DNA from: a phage
Length of the DNA: 48,147 bases
Sequence record: PV636260.1
Reading direction: 5' to 3' (one strand)
Shown here piece by piece: positions 9,050 to 19,195 of the stretch. The notes below the pieces were generated by a model. That model had not been told where the DNA came from. It did no database searches and worked only from the letters and a program-made list of their open reading frames with translations. Positions within the stretch are counted from its first letter, which is position 1. Each line of letters begins with the position of its first letter. The position numbers were made by a program, and so were the translations under genes.

Positions 9050-9780
9050 AATTTAAGATCCTTATGGCGAACAATTAAAACAGTATGATCCTGATACCAT
9101 CCGGAATAGATATCACGTCGCGAAAGTTTGCCAAAGGCGTGATGCAAGATCTGATTATCACCCAGGTAAATCCCTGCGTGGTTCCATACCGGAACATTTT
9201 GCCCTATCTGCATGATTACCATATCCCCGAATGATGGGTTATTCTGATCTGGAATCTCAACGAATCCATCTTGCTTGTAATAATCCTGATAGAGATTAAT
9301 TCCGTACTCAGGTTTCCACCATTCAAAATTCAATCGGCGATCGCGTAACTCTACGCCGTGCTCTTTGTGCCACGCCATTACTAGCCCGTAACAGTCAAAT
9401 GAGCCTAACGACCACGGTCTACCAATCAGAGGTAATTTCTCAGGCTTAACAAATCGCATATCTCCTTCCGGTACGCTAACAATAATCCAGGTAACTTCCA
9501 TCTCGTTGCACATGCATGTGTCGTGCGCACTGGGAAGAGTTGTAGCCCCGTCTCCTGTGTGGCTGTGAACGATCGCAATCGTGGTTGAGTCTGCGTCATC
9601 CTCAATACATGCGTATTGCACTGCGTCCATCATGAAATGATTCTCAGGATCGCGATGCACGTTATCAATGCGATGGTATTTTTGCACGCGTCCTTTTTGG
9701 GTAACTACCCCGCAGCATTCTCGGGGGTATTCTTCTTGAGCGTGAGTCATGATTTCAAGTTTAATTTTTGCATTAATCAT
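9046..9780 (-). CDS. tail assembly protein, lambda gpK-like (JAB/MPN + NlpC/P60 domains)
   Basis: Start at internal ATG 9780 overlapping the upstream stop (ATGA); HSHT motif and Cys/His residues consistent with MPN and NlpC/P60. Confidence 0.75.
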   Translation of the reverse strand: MINAKIKLEIMTHAQEEYPRECCGVVTQKGRVQKYHRIDNVHRDPENHFMMDAVQYACIEDDADSTTIAIVHSHTGDGATTLPSAHDTCMCNEMEVTWIIVSVPEGDMRFVKPEKLPLIGRPWSLGSFDCYGLVMAWHKEHGVELRDRRLNFEWWKPEYGINLYQDYYKQDGFVEIPDQNNPSFGDMVIMQIGQNVPVWNHAGIYLGDNQILHHAFGKLSRRDIYSGWYQDHTVLIVRHKDLKL

Positions 9781-10559
9781 TGATTTTTCCTCTGTAGTGA
9801 AGCGACAGCACAACCGCCAAAATCCAATTCATTATTTGCACCAAATCTAAGTCGGCACGCAGTTACCGTTCCGGGGCAGAAGTCTAGGGATGGATCGCCT
9901 ACCTTGTTGTTGTCTTTGTCAAAATAACCGTTTTGCCCGTTGTATCCGCAGCCTTTCCCGGTTTTATACCATCCCCGCTGCGCCCAATAGCAAACGCTTT
10001 GCGTTAGTCGAGACGGGATCATGATGCCATCCATATCATACGGCGACGTGAGATCGAATCGGGCGACGCTCTTATCGACATAGCTCGGGCGTTCGATATA
10101 GTATACCAGTTTGCGGTAAGCGCCGTCAGCTATTGAGCCGTCAGGTTGAATTAAGTCCTTTTGAGTGATCCAGATTGTCACCTTAGCTTGCATCAATCCG
10201 TTATATGATCGAATCATTGCAGATACTCTGCTATCAATGTTCGCCACCGTCAACTGTGGTTTTGTTGCCTTGCCGGAACTATCAAACGAGATCCCGGATA
10301 TGCCGAACGGGCGCGCTCCATATTGCTCCCCACGGAATGTAATTTCTTTCGGCGGCAGCGTTCCAGTTTGCTGGGCCTGCATGATTTCCTCTGGAGTGTA
10401 CTGGATGTTCTCTCCGTGGAATCGATACACCTGAGCGCCGAACTTGCTACCATCAACTTCAATAAGGGTGATTATCTCCCCTGGATACAGTGACTGAAGG
10501 CAGTTATGAAACAGGCTCCTTCCGCTTTCTTCATCATAAAGTTTTTTGTTTTCGCTCAT
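9777..10559 (-). CDS. minor tail protein, lambda gpL-like
   Basis: Start at ATG 10559 after RBS AGGAAAAG; C-terminal cysteine cluster. Confidence 0.75.
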   Translation of the reverse strand: MSENKKLYDEESGRSLFHNCLQSLYPGEIITLIEVDGSKFGAQVYRFHGENIQYTPEEIMQAQQTGTLPPKEITFRGEQYGARPFGISGISFDSSGKATKPQLTVANIDSRVSAMIRSYNGLMQAKVTIWITQKDLIQPDGSIADGAYRKLVYYIERPSYVDKSVARFDLTSPYDMDGIMIPSRLTQSVCYWAQRGWYKTGKGCGYNGQNGYFDKDNNKVGDPSLDFCPGTVTACRLRFGANNELDFGGCAVASLQRKNQ

Positions 10560-10597
10560 TTTCTTTTCCTCTTGTTTAGTTGCAACCATTCTACAGC

Positions 10598-10622
10598 TAC
10601 AAAAAAACCCGCGCAAGGCGGG
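10598..10622 (-). terminator. intrinsic terminator between M and L
   Basis: Hairpin CCCGCCTTGCGCGGG + T7 on minus strand; 22 bp identical to the terminator at 8421-8445. Confidence 0.65.
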
Positions 10623-10638
10623 CTTTTGTCATGAAGTG

Positions 10639-10992
10639 CTATTCCATAGATGTAAACTGCTCCATAAACGTTACATTAATTTCCATCACGTCACGTGATA
10701 CTGGTTTCGCTCCCAAACTATTTGGCTTAACTACCCATATCCCGATCTTCCCGTCTGGAGGCGTCCATGCGAACGGCTTGATGCGGTGAGAATCGCAGAA
10801 GTCGTAAACAGCCATGAAATCTTCCCCAGCATAGACAACTGAATACTCGCGCCGAGTGGTGTTAAATCCAGAAGATGCAAGCTGCATGTATCCGTTACCA
10901 AACTGTATGGATCTGTCATTGTTGGTAGTGGTAAGGGAGCCACCGCCCCCTTGAACCTGCGTACACCAACTGAAAGTGTCAAGTGTCGCCAT
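10639..10992 (-). CDS. minor tail protein, lambda gpM-like
   Basis: RBS CAGGAGG; 117 aa; position between tape measure and L. Confidence 0.75.
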   Translation of the reverse strand: MATLDTFSWCTQVQGGGGSLTTTNNDRSIQFGNGYMQLASSGFNTTRREYSVVYAGEDFMAVYDFCDSHRIKPFAWTPPDGKIGIWVVKPNSLGAKPVSRDVMEINVTFMEQFTSME

Positions 10993-10994
10993 TA

Positions 10995-13868
10995 TTAGCC
11001 TCCTGTTTTTTCCTGAATGTAATTGTAAACCTCACCGCCCTGTGAACAAGACTCTCGAATCATTTTTTTGAACATCATTTCTACGCCCTGAGAAATTCCT
11101 CTCGGATCTGAACCGTTGTCAACTTTAACCTCCATGCCCCTAACATCAACGACCGTCCCGCCTGCTGATTGGTTCACTGCCTTCGGTGCGGATTTAGATG
11201 CGTTAAATCCAGATGTTGCAACACTACCAGCAGCGGCAGCAAGCGAGGTAACGGCGGCTCCTGAAGATAAAGACCTAAAACCAGAGGCGGCAGGCGTAGG
11301 GGTTGCCTGTGATGCCGCAGAAGCACCAGACGACGCCACTCCAGCAAAGCTCCACGTCTTACCGCCCATCATGCCTGAGATCGTATTGAATATTACCATC
11401 TGAGCAATCATCTTGATAATCATGCTAATGATGTTTTTCGCAAAGTCCTCAAAGTTTGCCTTACCTGTAGTAAGGAATTGGGTCATCATATCACTCATTC
11501 CGTTAAGTGAACTTGACGCGATATCATACACGTTGCCGTACATATCCATTGCAGAATCGCCGTAATCTGCAAATGCGCTTTCAGCACCAGCTAACCAGTC
11601 AGCGCGCTTGGCATCTTCCGCAGCATAGTAATCATTTTGTGCCTTGATCATGTTCTGGAGTTTTTCATCTCCTTCGCTGCCACCTGCATTAATATAGTCA
11701 GTGGTGATCTTAGCCAGCTCCGCTTGTCGTTCCATTTCTCGGGTGCTCATCCCGCGAGACGCGTTTAGCTGCTCTGTAGCTGCCGTCAAATCATTGACAA
11801 ATTTCAGTGATTTATCGGTAAGGGCGTTCAACTGCTGCTGCTTAACAATCTGATCGCCAATCTCAGCCTTTTGTTTCGCAAGCTCTAAAACCTTCTCTTG
11901 GTTTGCAAGTAGTGCTTTTTCTTCCGCAGATAACTGACGCTTAGAACTAGCTTCTCGAAGAACAGCAATCGTCGCCTCGGTCGTAAACAGTGCTTTTCTC
12001 TGTGCGGAAAGTTTTTGCCCAATCTCCTTGTGCTCTTGCAATACCTTAAGTTGAGCCTTGAGTGAAATTAACTCCTTGTCGAATTGCTCTGTCGGTGAGC
12101 GTACAATTTTCGACTGCTTATTTCTTTCTCGGTTTCGCTTCTCGATCTCTTCTGCTTCTTTCCTTATTGCCTCCTTAGTTTCCTCACTGTACTGCTTTTC
12201 AAGAGTTCGACGCTGCTTCATCGCTTCAATGTATCCCATCTCGCCTTTTTCTACGCGAGCGTTAATAGCATCAAGCTCTGAAGCCAACTGGTCGTAGTTG
12301 TCGCGAGAACTTTTTACGATGTTCTCCTGCTCCTTCAGTACATCAGCGCCGAAATCACTCATTCCAGGCAGTGACTGAGTTGCCTTTATGGCTGAGGCGA
12401 TAAAGTTTGAGATGTACTCATCACCCTTCGCTAGAATCATTTTGACCTGAATCACTGTACCCTGAACAACGTCGATAATCAGGTTTAGCGCCCCGAGTGT
12501 ATGATCACCAACCCATCCCCACGCGTCCGAAGCCCATTGTTTAATATCGCTCCACATCTTTTCCAGAGGGGTAGCGTTATCCGCGATCGACTTCATTCGC
12601 TTTTCCATTACGTCTGCGAATAGTTTGGTAGCCTCTGATACAGCCTCAGTTTCTCCTTTCGTCCGGCTTAATGTATCGATATAGGTAAGCTGCCCTTTTT
12701 CAAGGAAATTATATTGCTCGTTTAACTTCTTCAGACCTTTTACCGGATCGCTTGCGATTTTGTCGAACTCAGAAATAATTTGACTTGCTGACTTTCCTGT
12801 TGACGCTGACCACTCTGCGGTAGCCTTAGTGATGTTCTGGATCTGCTCGCGGGTGTACTTACCAGAACTTGCCAACTCCGTCACAATCTCGCGAATACTC
12901 CCAATGATTGAGTTGCTTGTCTGAGCCACCTTTTTAGCAACAGAATCAAGTTCTTCAGCCGTGACTCCTGCATAACCTCCAGTCTCAACAAGAGCCTTCT
13001 GCATATCAGTTATTGACTTGTAAGAGTCATAACCGGCTTTCGCAAGAAGGCCTAAAGAGCCGACAAGAACACCAACACCAACTGTGACCGGATTAATATA
13101 GCTGAGCAATACCTTAAATGTATTCCCGATCCCGCCGAACGAGTCCTTGATTTGACCGCCTTGCTGGATGGCAACCATCCAAACTGGCATACCGGACGCA
13201 AGAGATGTAACGACGTCGGTAATCTGCGCGGGAAGCATTCGCATTGCCTGCCTATATTGCCCAGCGCTAATACCTGCGGCATTCATAGCTCGACCCTGCT
13301 CTTTCAGTTTTGCGATCAGTGGCGCTGCTTCATTTGATAGTCCAAGCTGAGCCGCTTTCAGTTCCATTAACTCTGCGTGAGTTTTGCCAATAGCGTTAAC
13401 CTGACTGTTCAGGGAATCCATGAACGCTTTGTTTTTCGCTGCTGCCTGCTCTTTTGCTTTCGCTTCCTGCAATGCTGCCTGACCCTCTTCAGTAAGCATG
13501 GCTCGGCTACGAGCAAGTTTTGCATTTTGCATGTCCAGCATTTCACCCAAACGGAAAAATGTTTCATCTGGAACAACGCCCTTTTGCCAGAGTTTATCAA
13601 GCTGCTGAGATGCAATCTTCAGCCTTTCCATTTTTGATACTGTAGGATCGATTGCCTTTTCTACAGCCTCGTACTCTTTGCGCTGGCGCTTAAGTTGCTC
13701 AGCGTGTTCTTTAGCCTTCTGTTTTGCAACCTCGGCCTCATTGATTAAAGACCCCATAGAGTCAGCGGCTTGGTCGTTAGCTTTTGAAAACTCCTTCAAT
13801 GACTTGACGGCGCGCTGTACTGTCGACACATCAACGTCAAGCGATAGACCTGCTACCTTATCAACCAT
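10995..13868 (-). CDS. tail tape measure protein
   Basis: 957 aa, long coiled-coil Ala/Lys/Glu-rich regions, hydrophobic Gly-rich segment, position after G/GT. Confidence 0.9.
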   Translation of the reverse strand: MVDKVAGLSLDVDVSTVQRAVKSLKEFSKANDQAADSMGSLINEAEVAKQKAKEHAEQLKRQRKEYEAVEKAIDPTVSKMERLKIASQQLDKLWQKGVVPDETFFRLGEMLDMQNAKLARSRAMLTEEGQAALQEAKAKEQAAAKNKAFMDSLNSQVNAIGKTHAELMELKAAQLGLSNEAAPLIAKLKEQGRAMNAAGISAGQYRQAMRMLPAQITDVVTSLASGMPVWMVAIQQGGQIKDSFGGIGNTFKVLLSYINPVTVGVGVLVGSLGLLAKAGYDSYKSITDMQKALVETGGYAGVTAEELDSVAKKVAQTSNSIIGSIREIVTELASSGKYTREQIQNITKATAEWSASTGKSASQIISEFDKIASDPVKGLKKLNEQYNFLEKGQLTYIDTLSRTKGETEAVSEATKLFADVMEKRMKSIADNATPLEKMWSDIKQWASDAWGWVGDHTLGALNLIIDVVQGTVIQVKMILAKGDEYISNFIASAIKATQSLPGMSDFGADVLKEQENIVKSSRDNYDQLASELDAINARVEKGEMGYIEAMKQRRTLEKQYSEETKEAIRKEAEEIEKRNRERNKQSKIVRSPTEQFDKELISLKAQLKVLQEHKEIGQKLSAQRKALFTTEATIAVLREASSKRQLSAEEKALLANQEKVLELAKQKAEIGDQIVKQQQLNALTDKSLKFVNDLTAATEQLNASRGMSTREMERQAELAKITTDYINAGGSEGDEKLQNMIKAQNDYYAAEDAKRADWLAGAESAFADYGDSAMDMYGNVYDIASSSLNGMSDMMTQFLTTGKANFEDFAKNIISMIIKMIAQMVIFNTISGMMGGKTWSFAGVASSGASAASQATPTPAASGFRSLSSGAAVTSLAAAAGSVATSGFNASKSAPKAVNQSAGGTVVDVRGMEVKVDNGSDPRGISQGVEMMFKKMIRESCSQGGEVYNYIQEKTGG

Positions 13869-13885
13869 ATAACCCCCTTATATAC

Positions 13886-13910
13886 AAAAAAACCGCCAAA
13901 CGGCGGCTTA
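13886..13910 (-). terminator. intrinsic terminator-like hairpin upstream of the tape measure gene
   Basis: CCGCCGTTTGGCGG + T7 on minus strand. Confidence 0.5.
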
Positions 13911-14542
13911 GTTATTCTGCTTAGCAATCATTTCAAGCGCTTTCGCTTCCATGATCCTAACGTCCTGCAATGCCAGTTCTTCATCTTCTATTTTATAGAT
14001 TTTAAACAACATAGGCAAAACATTATAGTCAAGACCATAAGCGCCAGCGCCTGAACTTCTCCACTGAGTGAGCATTGATGTAAAAACATTCCAAGCCTTC
14101 ACCATTTCAGCGTCGCCAATTATCGTTTCAGGTTCCTCGTCTTCATAGTCTGAAAGACTTAAACCAACCGATCGCAATTGTTCCTCTGTTGGCGGCTTCT
14201 GATATAACAGATAGACCGCCTTTTTTAGTTTTTTGCGCGGTGTCCGGCAAGAGCCTTGATGTAAGTCGCTGTCAGGTTGTACGCTGCTGAAGGATAATAC
14301 TGAACCAGTTTTCGCGCATTTTCTTCGTTAAATTCTTCTTCAAGGTTCCATCCTGACGCGATCTTGGTAATGAACTCGCTGTCGTTCATTTCTCCCTGGT
14401 TGGCATACATATCCTGAACTTCTTTACTGGAAAGGTGGCGTACAGTGAAAATGATCGTTGCATCTTCACCGTTAGGCATGGTGAAGGTAACTGGAAGTTT
14501 GAAGTCTGGAAGTTGACCAAGAATAAAATTAAATTTAGCCAT
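13908..14542 (-). CDS. tail assembly chaperone -1 frameshift fusion product (gpGT-like)
   Basis: Slippery heptamer A_AAA_AAC (complement of 14228-14234) at the last codons of G; the -1 frame is open into ORF 13908..14177. Confidence 0.7.
14225..14542 (-). CDS. tail assembly chaperone (gpG-like)
   Basis: RBS CAGGAGAAA; 105 aa; immediately upstream of tape measure with slippery site at its 3' end. Confidence 0.8.
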   Translation of the reverse strand: MAKFNFILGQLPDFKLPVTFTMPNGEDATIIFTVRHLSSKEVQDMYANQGEMNDSEFITKIASGWNLEEEFNEENARKLVQYYPSAAYNLTATYIKALAGHRAKN

Positions 14543-14564
14543 GATATTTCTCCTGATTGGTTAA

Positions 14565-14583
14565 TGGCACTTTTTGTTAAAAG
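14565..14583 (+). promoter_or_regulatory. copy of the ATAGCAC...TAAAAC element (TGGCACTTTTTGTTAAAAG), plus-oriented within the minus-strand tail module
   Basis: 17/19 match to the repeated element; TACGAT 18 bp downstream. Confidence 0.4.
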
Positions 14584-14626
14584 AGAATAGTGCAAACTTG
14601 ATACGATGATTTTACAGAAATGAATA

Positions 14627-14647
14627 AGGGGGCGCAAGCCCCCTTGT
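14627..14647. terminator. hairpin terminator downstream of the major tail gene
   Basis: GGGGGCGCAAGCCCCC followed by T-rich tract on minus strand. Confidence 0.6.
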
Positions 14648-14656
14648 AGATATGAT

Positions 14657-15325
14657 TTAGGCACCAGGTGATGCCAGAGCGGATGAAACGAAAGTGAAAT
14701 CACCCTTCAGGGATACGGCGAGTTGTACCGTTTCCATTTCGTTTACTTGCGTAGATGGAATGTCGTTAAAAGACAAGATACCAGCCCACATGCGCATCTC
14801 GTTCGCTTTTGGAACATACATCCGAACCGCAGTTACCTGACCAGAAGAATCCAGCTTACGCAGAATAGGGTAGATCGGGTTATCAAATTCGTGCGCGAAT
14901 GTGTAAGTTAGCGAGATCGCAGATTTAAACGTTGGGATCTGCTGTTCTTTATCGTCGGACAAGCACTGATAAGTATAATACTGCTGCTCGCCGCCGTCCT
15001 GACCAATCTCCTGTACACAAGGAATCTCAGTCCAGCCAGTAATTTTTGCAAAGCTCATCGTACCGCCAGCCGGGAAAACAAGAGTATCAGAGGTGTCAAT
15101 CCCAGCGAGAGTGATGCTTGTTTCCTGGGCGTCAGTAACAATTAGCACTCGACTAACCATCTTGGCCCAGGTTGACTGAGTTACAATAACGTAATCACCT
15201 TTTGCCAAGTCGCCCTTAGATGCAACTGTAGCAACAGGATTTTTTGCGTTAGTGACAGCGGTCGCCTCGATCTCTTCTCCGCGAGAGGTTTCCACGAAAA
15301 TTTGCGCGCCATTTGGTAAGTGCAT
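14657..15325 (-). CDS. major tail protein (gpV-like)
   Basis: RBS AAAGGAGA; 222 aa; position upstream of G/GT. Confidence 0.8.
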   Translation of the reverse strand: MHLPNGAQIFVETSRGEEIEATAVTNAKNPVATVASKGDLAKGDYVIVTQSTWAKMVSRVLIVTDAQETSITLAGIDTSDTLVFPAGGTMSFAKITGWTEIPCVQEIGQDGGEQQYYTYQCLSDDKEQQIPTFKSAISLTYTFAHEFDNPIYPILRKLDSSGQVTAVRMYVPKANEMRMWAGILSFNDIPSTQVNEMETVQLAVSLKGDFTFVSSALASPGA

Positions 15326-15326
15326 A

Positions 15327-15725
15327 TTAAGTCTCCTTTGTGTCTACTCGTACTGTAAAGCGAACCGGAATCATCCATCCGCTTTCGTGTTTAACAATTT
15401 GATGCACGATTGCACCTTCGAAAATATAACCAACGTTAAGCATTTTACCATCTTTGAAAAAATCAGCAATCTCTTTTGCTTTCAATCTTGCCTCATCAAC
15501 GCCGGAACCAGGAGGGAACACAACTCCGATCTGAACTATTGCGATGTAAGATTTACACTTTCGGTCAATTGATAGATAAAGCGTATCACCTTCAATGTAG
15601 TTGAACCTTAGCCACATGCCGCCATCCTTCGGAGGTGTAAAGTTCCTGTTTTCCATGTAGTGAGGAAAGTCTCTATACTTCGACAGAAAGGCGGCGCGCG
15701 CCGCCGCTGATAACTCATAGTGCAT
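15327..15725 (-). CDS. tail terminator protein (gpU-like), putative
   Basis: RBS AAGGAGA; position directly upstream of the major tail gene in lambda-like order. Confidence 0.55.
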   Translation of the reverse strand: MHYELSAAARAAFLSKYRDFPHYMENRNFTPPKDGGMWLRFNYIEGDTLYLSIDRKCKSYIAIVQIGVVFPPGSGVDEARLKAKEIADFFKDGKMLNVGYIFEGAIVHQIVKHESGWMIPVRFTVRVDTKET

Positions 15726-16158
15726 TTTGTTGTCTCCTTGCTTGCTTTATTGCGTCTGCCATATACGATCGCAATCTCAATGCAACCAGTCCGACGACTC
15801 CGTTTGGTGCTTGTTGTGAATGACCGTACTCAAGAGAGTTTGCATAAATCAACATGTTTGAGAAGTGAACTGATGTTATCGCACCTCCACGGCTGAACAT
15901 GCCATAAGTTTTTGCTTGCTCCTCACTACGGACGACGCTGCCAGTTTTATCGTATCGATTTAATGCGTAGTTAGGGATTTCGTTAAAAGTTATCTGCCAG
16001 TTACCCTTAAAGCGCCCAGTGTCGACGGGAGAACGGCTAACGAGCGCGTCGTGAACATCCCTTACAAATATCTCAATGGAATGTTCTAACGTGCTTTCAG
16101 CGGCCTTAATCCACGCATCAATCTCACCTTGAAATCTACGAATCTGATAATTAGCCAC
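15715..16158 (-). CDS. tail completion protein (gpZ / HK97 gp10-like), putative
   Basis: GTG start after GGAGGG; synteny. Confidence 0.5.
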   Translation of the reverse strand: MANYQIRRFQGEIDAWIKAAESTLEHSIEIFVRDVHDALVSRSPVDTGRFKGNWQITFNEIPNYALNRYDKTGSVVRSEEQAKTYGMFSRGGAITSVHFSNMLIYANSLEYGHSQQAPNGVVGLVALRLRSYMADAIKQARRQQNAL

Positions 16159-16522
16159 CTACTGATACCCTCCGCAATACTGGGCGATAGGCGACTGGTT
16201 TCAGTGACGCCTGAACCGGGCGAGCATCAACGACAACATGACGAACGCCGTCAATCTCTATATGGTCACCTTCGTTTATTTCATGGTCGTTATTGAAGAT
16301 CCCCAAAAGGTCTGAGGTGCGGATAGTCTCCCCGTCAATCTCACGCGCGTTCGGTCTTCGCGTCGCGCCGGATATTGGAATAATCTGTTCCATCGGTGGG
16401 ATCTCGAATCCGTTTTCATCATATCCGTATTCACCTTGCTTTATCAGGTTCATAGGTCTTGATGCATCGGTGAAGAAATCCACGCCTTTGCGAGCCATCC
16501 TTTCGATCTGTGAGTAGTTCAT
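16151..16522 (-). CDS. head closure / head-tail joining protein, putative
   Basis: Start at ATG 16522 after GGAGG; synteny. Confidence 0.5.
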   Translation of the reverse strand: MNYSQIERMARKGVDFFTDASRPMNLIKQGEYGYDENGFEIPPMEQIIPISGATRRPNAREIDGETIRTSDLLGIFNNDHEINEGDHIEIDGVRHVVVDARPVQASLKPVAYRPVLRRVSVGG

Positions 16523-16932
16523 TGGTGGCATCCTCCACGGAGTCCTGTTATTAATGCGAATCGACCACGGCGTCGCGCTTTAAGCTGTTCGAACATCTTA
16601 CCCCACGGCGTCGAAAGCATCATGTTCTCTGACTGGTTCTTCGTCACCTCTCCAAAAGTCTGGCTAAATTCACCGCTCAGGGAGAATGACGTAACGCGTC
16701 GTGAGTACGATTCAAGATCCTCATCTTCACCTTTTAGCGCCCCATCAAGGAAAGCAAGGTGCAATGCATAAAGAGCAAGCGCCTTGACGTATGCATCTTT
16801 AAAGGTCTTCTGGCATACAAATAGCTCAGCCATTTCTACCCATGCATAAAGCGTTTCGTCTGGAACCTTGCGAAGTGCCGGAACCAGCTTTCTCATTTGC
16901 TCGACCACTTTGTTTAATGTTTCTTGATCCAT
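16519..16932 (-). CDS. head-tail connector (adaptor) protein, putative
   Basis: Start at ATG 16932 after AGGTGG; synteny. Confidence 0.5.
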   Translation of the reverse strand: MDQETLNKVVEQMRKLVPALRKVPDETLYAWVEMAELFVCQKTFKDAYVKALALYALHLAFLDGALKGEDEDLESYSRRVTSFSLSGEFSQTFGEVTKNQSENMMLSTPWGKMFEQLKARRRGRFALITGLRGGCHQ

Positions 16933-16944
16933 AATTTCCACCTA

Positions 16945-16972
16945 TAAAAAAAGGCGCATTAAGCGCCTTGTT
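16945..16972 (-). terminator. intrinsic terminator
   Basis: AAGGCGCTTAATGCGCCTT + T7 on minus strand. Confidence 0.65.
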
Positions 16973-16974
16973 GA

Positions 16975-17265
16975 TTAATAGTATTCGCCGCCGTCTTCAA
17001 GCTCTTTTACGCTCATCTTATCCCACGGATCAGGTTTTTTAAGTTTAGCCATCTCTGCGCGGATTTCCCGGTTGGTGGCACTGTCGTCTTTTACTTCGAT
17101 TTCTTCGCGAGCAATCAAGAAACGCAGCCCGGGCAATTCAAGTGCGGATGCTGGGAGTGTCACCTCTTCATCCGGGAGAACCTTTGCGAATGAGCCATCT
17201 TCAAGACGGAACATCTGAAGCGCTACACCAACGTTTACGATAACAACAGTTTTTTCTTTAGCCAT
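16975..17265 (-). CDS. hypothetical structural protein
   Basis: RBS GGAGAAA; 96 aa between capsid and connector genes. Confidence 0.55.
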   Translation of the reverse strand: MAKEKTVVIVNVGVALQMFRLEDGSFAKVLPDEEVTLPASALELPGLRFLIAREEIEVKDDSATNREIRAEMAKLKKPDPWDKMSVKELEDGGEYY

Positions 17266-17280
17266 TTTGATTTCTCCAAT

Positions 17281-17310
17281 AAAAAAGGGACCAACTAAGT
17301 TAGTCCCTAT
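17281..17310 (-). terminator. intrinsic terminator downstream of the major capsid gene
   Basis: GGGACTAACTTAGTTGGTCCC + T6 on minus strand. Confidence 0.65.
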
Positions 17311-17314
17311 AATA

Positions 17315-18274
17315 TTACACGCCAGTGATTAAGACAATAGTCATCGGACGATAAATTGTAAGGCCAGTACACTTGGAGGTGCAAGGCACTTTAAAGTGAA
17401 GGTCTTTCGGCTGCGCTGGCAGCATGTTAAATGCTTCCGGGATTTCGATGGACATATTCATCGGATTTTTTTCGTACACCAGTACGCCTTTAGTCCCCGC
17501 ACCGTCGATATCTTCAAGCTCTGCGATAGAGTCGATTTCGATACCAGCATTCTGAGACTTGAAATAGTCCAGGTAAGACATGGTAGTTTCAGGCATACGG
17601 ATCGCCAGAACCTTACGCATGGACGGCGGGATCAGAATGTTGGTTGCACGATGCTGACCGCGAGTAATCGTCTCGATGGTTTCGATTGCCTGAGTCAATT
17701 CAGCTTCTGCCGTTTCCGGTTTCTGAGTTGCGCCATCCATCCACTTACCGGAGGTAATTTTGGTGATGTTCGGATGATTGAACACGGACACGATCTTGTG
17801 CGGCGCGGAACCTTTGAACACCAGACGGTTAACCAGTTGGTCATGCGCTAACTGACATGCACTTGCCTTACGAGTTGACAGTGGGCGACCAGTTGCCTGA
17901 CCCGCTTTGATTTCGTCGATTGAGATCAGATACGCGTTACCCAAACGGAACACTTTACCGAACTCAGAAGTACCCAGGGCATCAACAAGCGGCAGGTCGT
18001 CGGTGTAGTCCGCGATAATCTGAGCCGTGCCAACCTTATCAAAGGTCATGTATTCGAACGTCTTATCAGTCGGAGAAAGATCGGTTGTAACCGGGAATAC
18101 GCGTAGAGCGGAGCCGACCGGGTAGTCTTCTTCATAGGACTGGCTTTTAATGCGGTGTAGTTCCTGAGCGGTCCAGATACCCATTGTTGCGGCTGCATCC
18201 TGTTTTACGCCAGCCTGGATCAGATACATTTCAACATTGCTTTTATCTGCTTCATCAAATTTTTTAGTAGTCAT
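17315..18274 (-). CDS. major capsid protein
   Basis: RBS GGAGAAG; 319 aa; flanked by strong terminators; position after scaffold/decoration genes. Confidence 0.8.
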   Translation of the reverse strand: MTTKKFDEADKSNVEMYLIQAGVKQDAAATMGIWTAQELHRIKSQSYEEDYPVGSALRVFPVTTDLSPTDKTFEYMTFDKVGTAQIIADYTDDLPLVDALGTSEFGKVFRLGNAYLISIDEIKAGQATGRPLSTRKASACQLAHDQLVNRLVFKGSAPHKIVSVFNHPNITKITSGKWMDGATQKPETAEAELTQAIETIETITRGQHRATNILIPPSMRKVLAIRMPETTMSYLDYFKSQNAGIEIDSIAELEDIDGAGTKGVLVYEKNPMNMSIEIPEAFNMLPAQPKDLHFKVPCTSKCTGLTIYRPMTIVLITGV

Positions 18275-18295
18275 GATTACTTCTCCGTAGTTAAT

Positions 18296-18325
18296 AAAAA
18301 AGCCGTGATTATGTTCACGGCTTCA
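18296..18325 (-). terminator. intrinsic terminator immediately upstream of the major capsid gene
   Basis: AGCCGTGAACATAATCACGGCT + T6 on minus strand. Confidence 0.65.
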
Positions 18326-18328
18326 ATA

Positions 18329-18348
18329 ATAGCACTTTTTGTTAAAGC
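18329..18348 (+). promoter_or_regulatory. copy of the repeated element (ATAGCACTTTTTGTTAAAGC), plus-oriented
   Basis: Sequence match; lies between decoration gene stop and capsid terminator. Confidence 0.4.
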
Positions 18349-18365
18349 GTCAAAGTGTTTTTATG

Positions 18366-19133
18366 TTATGCATCAACCTCTGGCTCTGGCACTGCTTCTA
18401 CGCGATAAGCAATGGTTGCCGTCGTCTTGCTGGCATCGTTAGCCGTCCATGTGATATTGAAATCACCGACCGATTCTCCACCAGCAGGAGTTACAAGACC
18501 TGAGTCAGGATCGATAGTAGCGATGTTGGTGGCGTCAATTGACCACTTGCCAGTTTTATCATCAGCGTTCACAGGAAGAACATTAGCTACGCACTGAATC
18601 GTAACATTGTTCGGCTGAGGACTTTCCTTGTCGGTAGTGATCGTAGCTGATTCAACAAGAACAACTGGAGGTGGTGGCGGTGGGACGATGAAAGCATTTT
18701 GTTTCACCTGAACCTCAATGATGTAGCCGTCTTCATGCTTAACAAATCCACCAGCGAAGGTCCAACCTGCGGAACCAGATCCACCAGTAACAACGCCACC
18801 AGATCCAAATTGCAACTTTGAGAATAAGTCGGGAGCCTCATCAAGAGAAGTAAGCGTCCACATGCGACCGTGAGAAACTACGTTGCACACTTCGCCGTCT
18901 AAGATTTTACCGCTCAGGTGTTCATATTGAGAACGGAAAGCGATACCGTAAGGAGTCCCGCCATCAGAAAGTACTTTGACGACTTTCACACCATCAACGA
19001 TGCCGACAACCTGAACCGCCGCGCCGAACTCAATGTCACCTTGAGCCACACAAGCGCCATCAATATTGTAGGTTGAAGTATCAGAAAGATTTCCCGGACA
19101 CGCCGGGCGCAACATTAAATTTTCGTAAGCCAT
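18366..19133 (-). CDS. head decoration-like protein with C-terminal Ig-like (Big_2-type) domain
   Basis: N-terminal 150 aa paralogous to 19196..19672 (DTSxYNIDGACV...GAAVQVV...); PPPPPP linker then beta-rich domain. Confidence 0.65.
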   Translation of the reverse strand: MAYENLMLRPACPGNLSDTSTYNIDGACVAQGDIEFGAAVQVVGIVDGVKVVKVLSDGGTPYGIAFRSQYEHLSGKILDGEVCNVVSHGRMWTLTSLDEAPDLFSKLQFGSGGVVTGGSGSAGWTFAGGFVKHEDGYIIEVQVKQNAFIVPPPPPPVVLVESATITTDKESPQPNNVTIQCVANVLPVNADDKTGKWSIDATNIATIDPDSGLVTPAGGESVGDFNITWTANDASKTTATIAYRVEAVPEPEVDA

Positions 19134-19148
19134 AATGATTTCTCCATA

Positions 19149-19182
19149 AAAAAAGGACTATCCAAAAAAAGGATAGTCCCCA
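19149..19182 (-). terminator. intrinsic terminator between the two decoration paralogs
   Basis: AGGACTATCC-T7-GGATAGTCCT + T7. Confidence 0.6.
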
Positions 19183-19195
19183 TATTAAACGCTAA

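Noticed and set aside
11116-13872. Several plus-strand ORFs of 60-95 aa inside the tape measure gene (11116-11403, 12058-12297, 13152-13350, 13377-13637, 13678-13872)
   Set aside because: All are antisense to a single long, well-supported minus-strand gene and have Ser/Ala/Cys-rich compositions typical of the antisense frame of an Ala/Lys/Glu-rich coiled-coil
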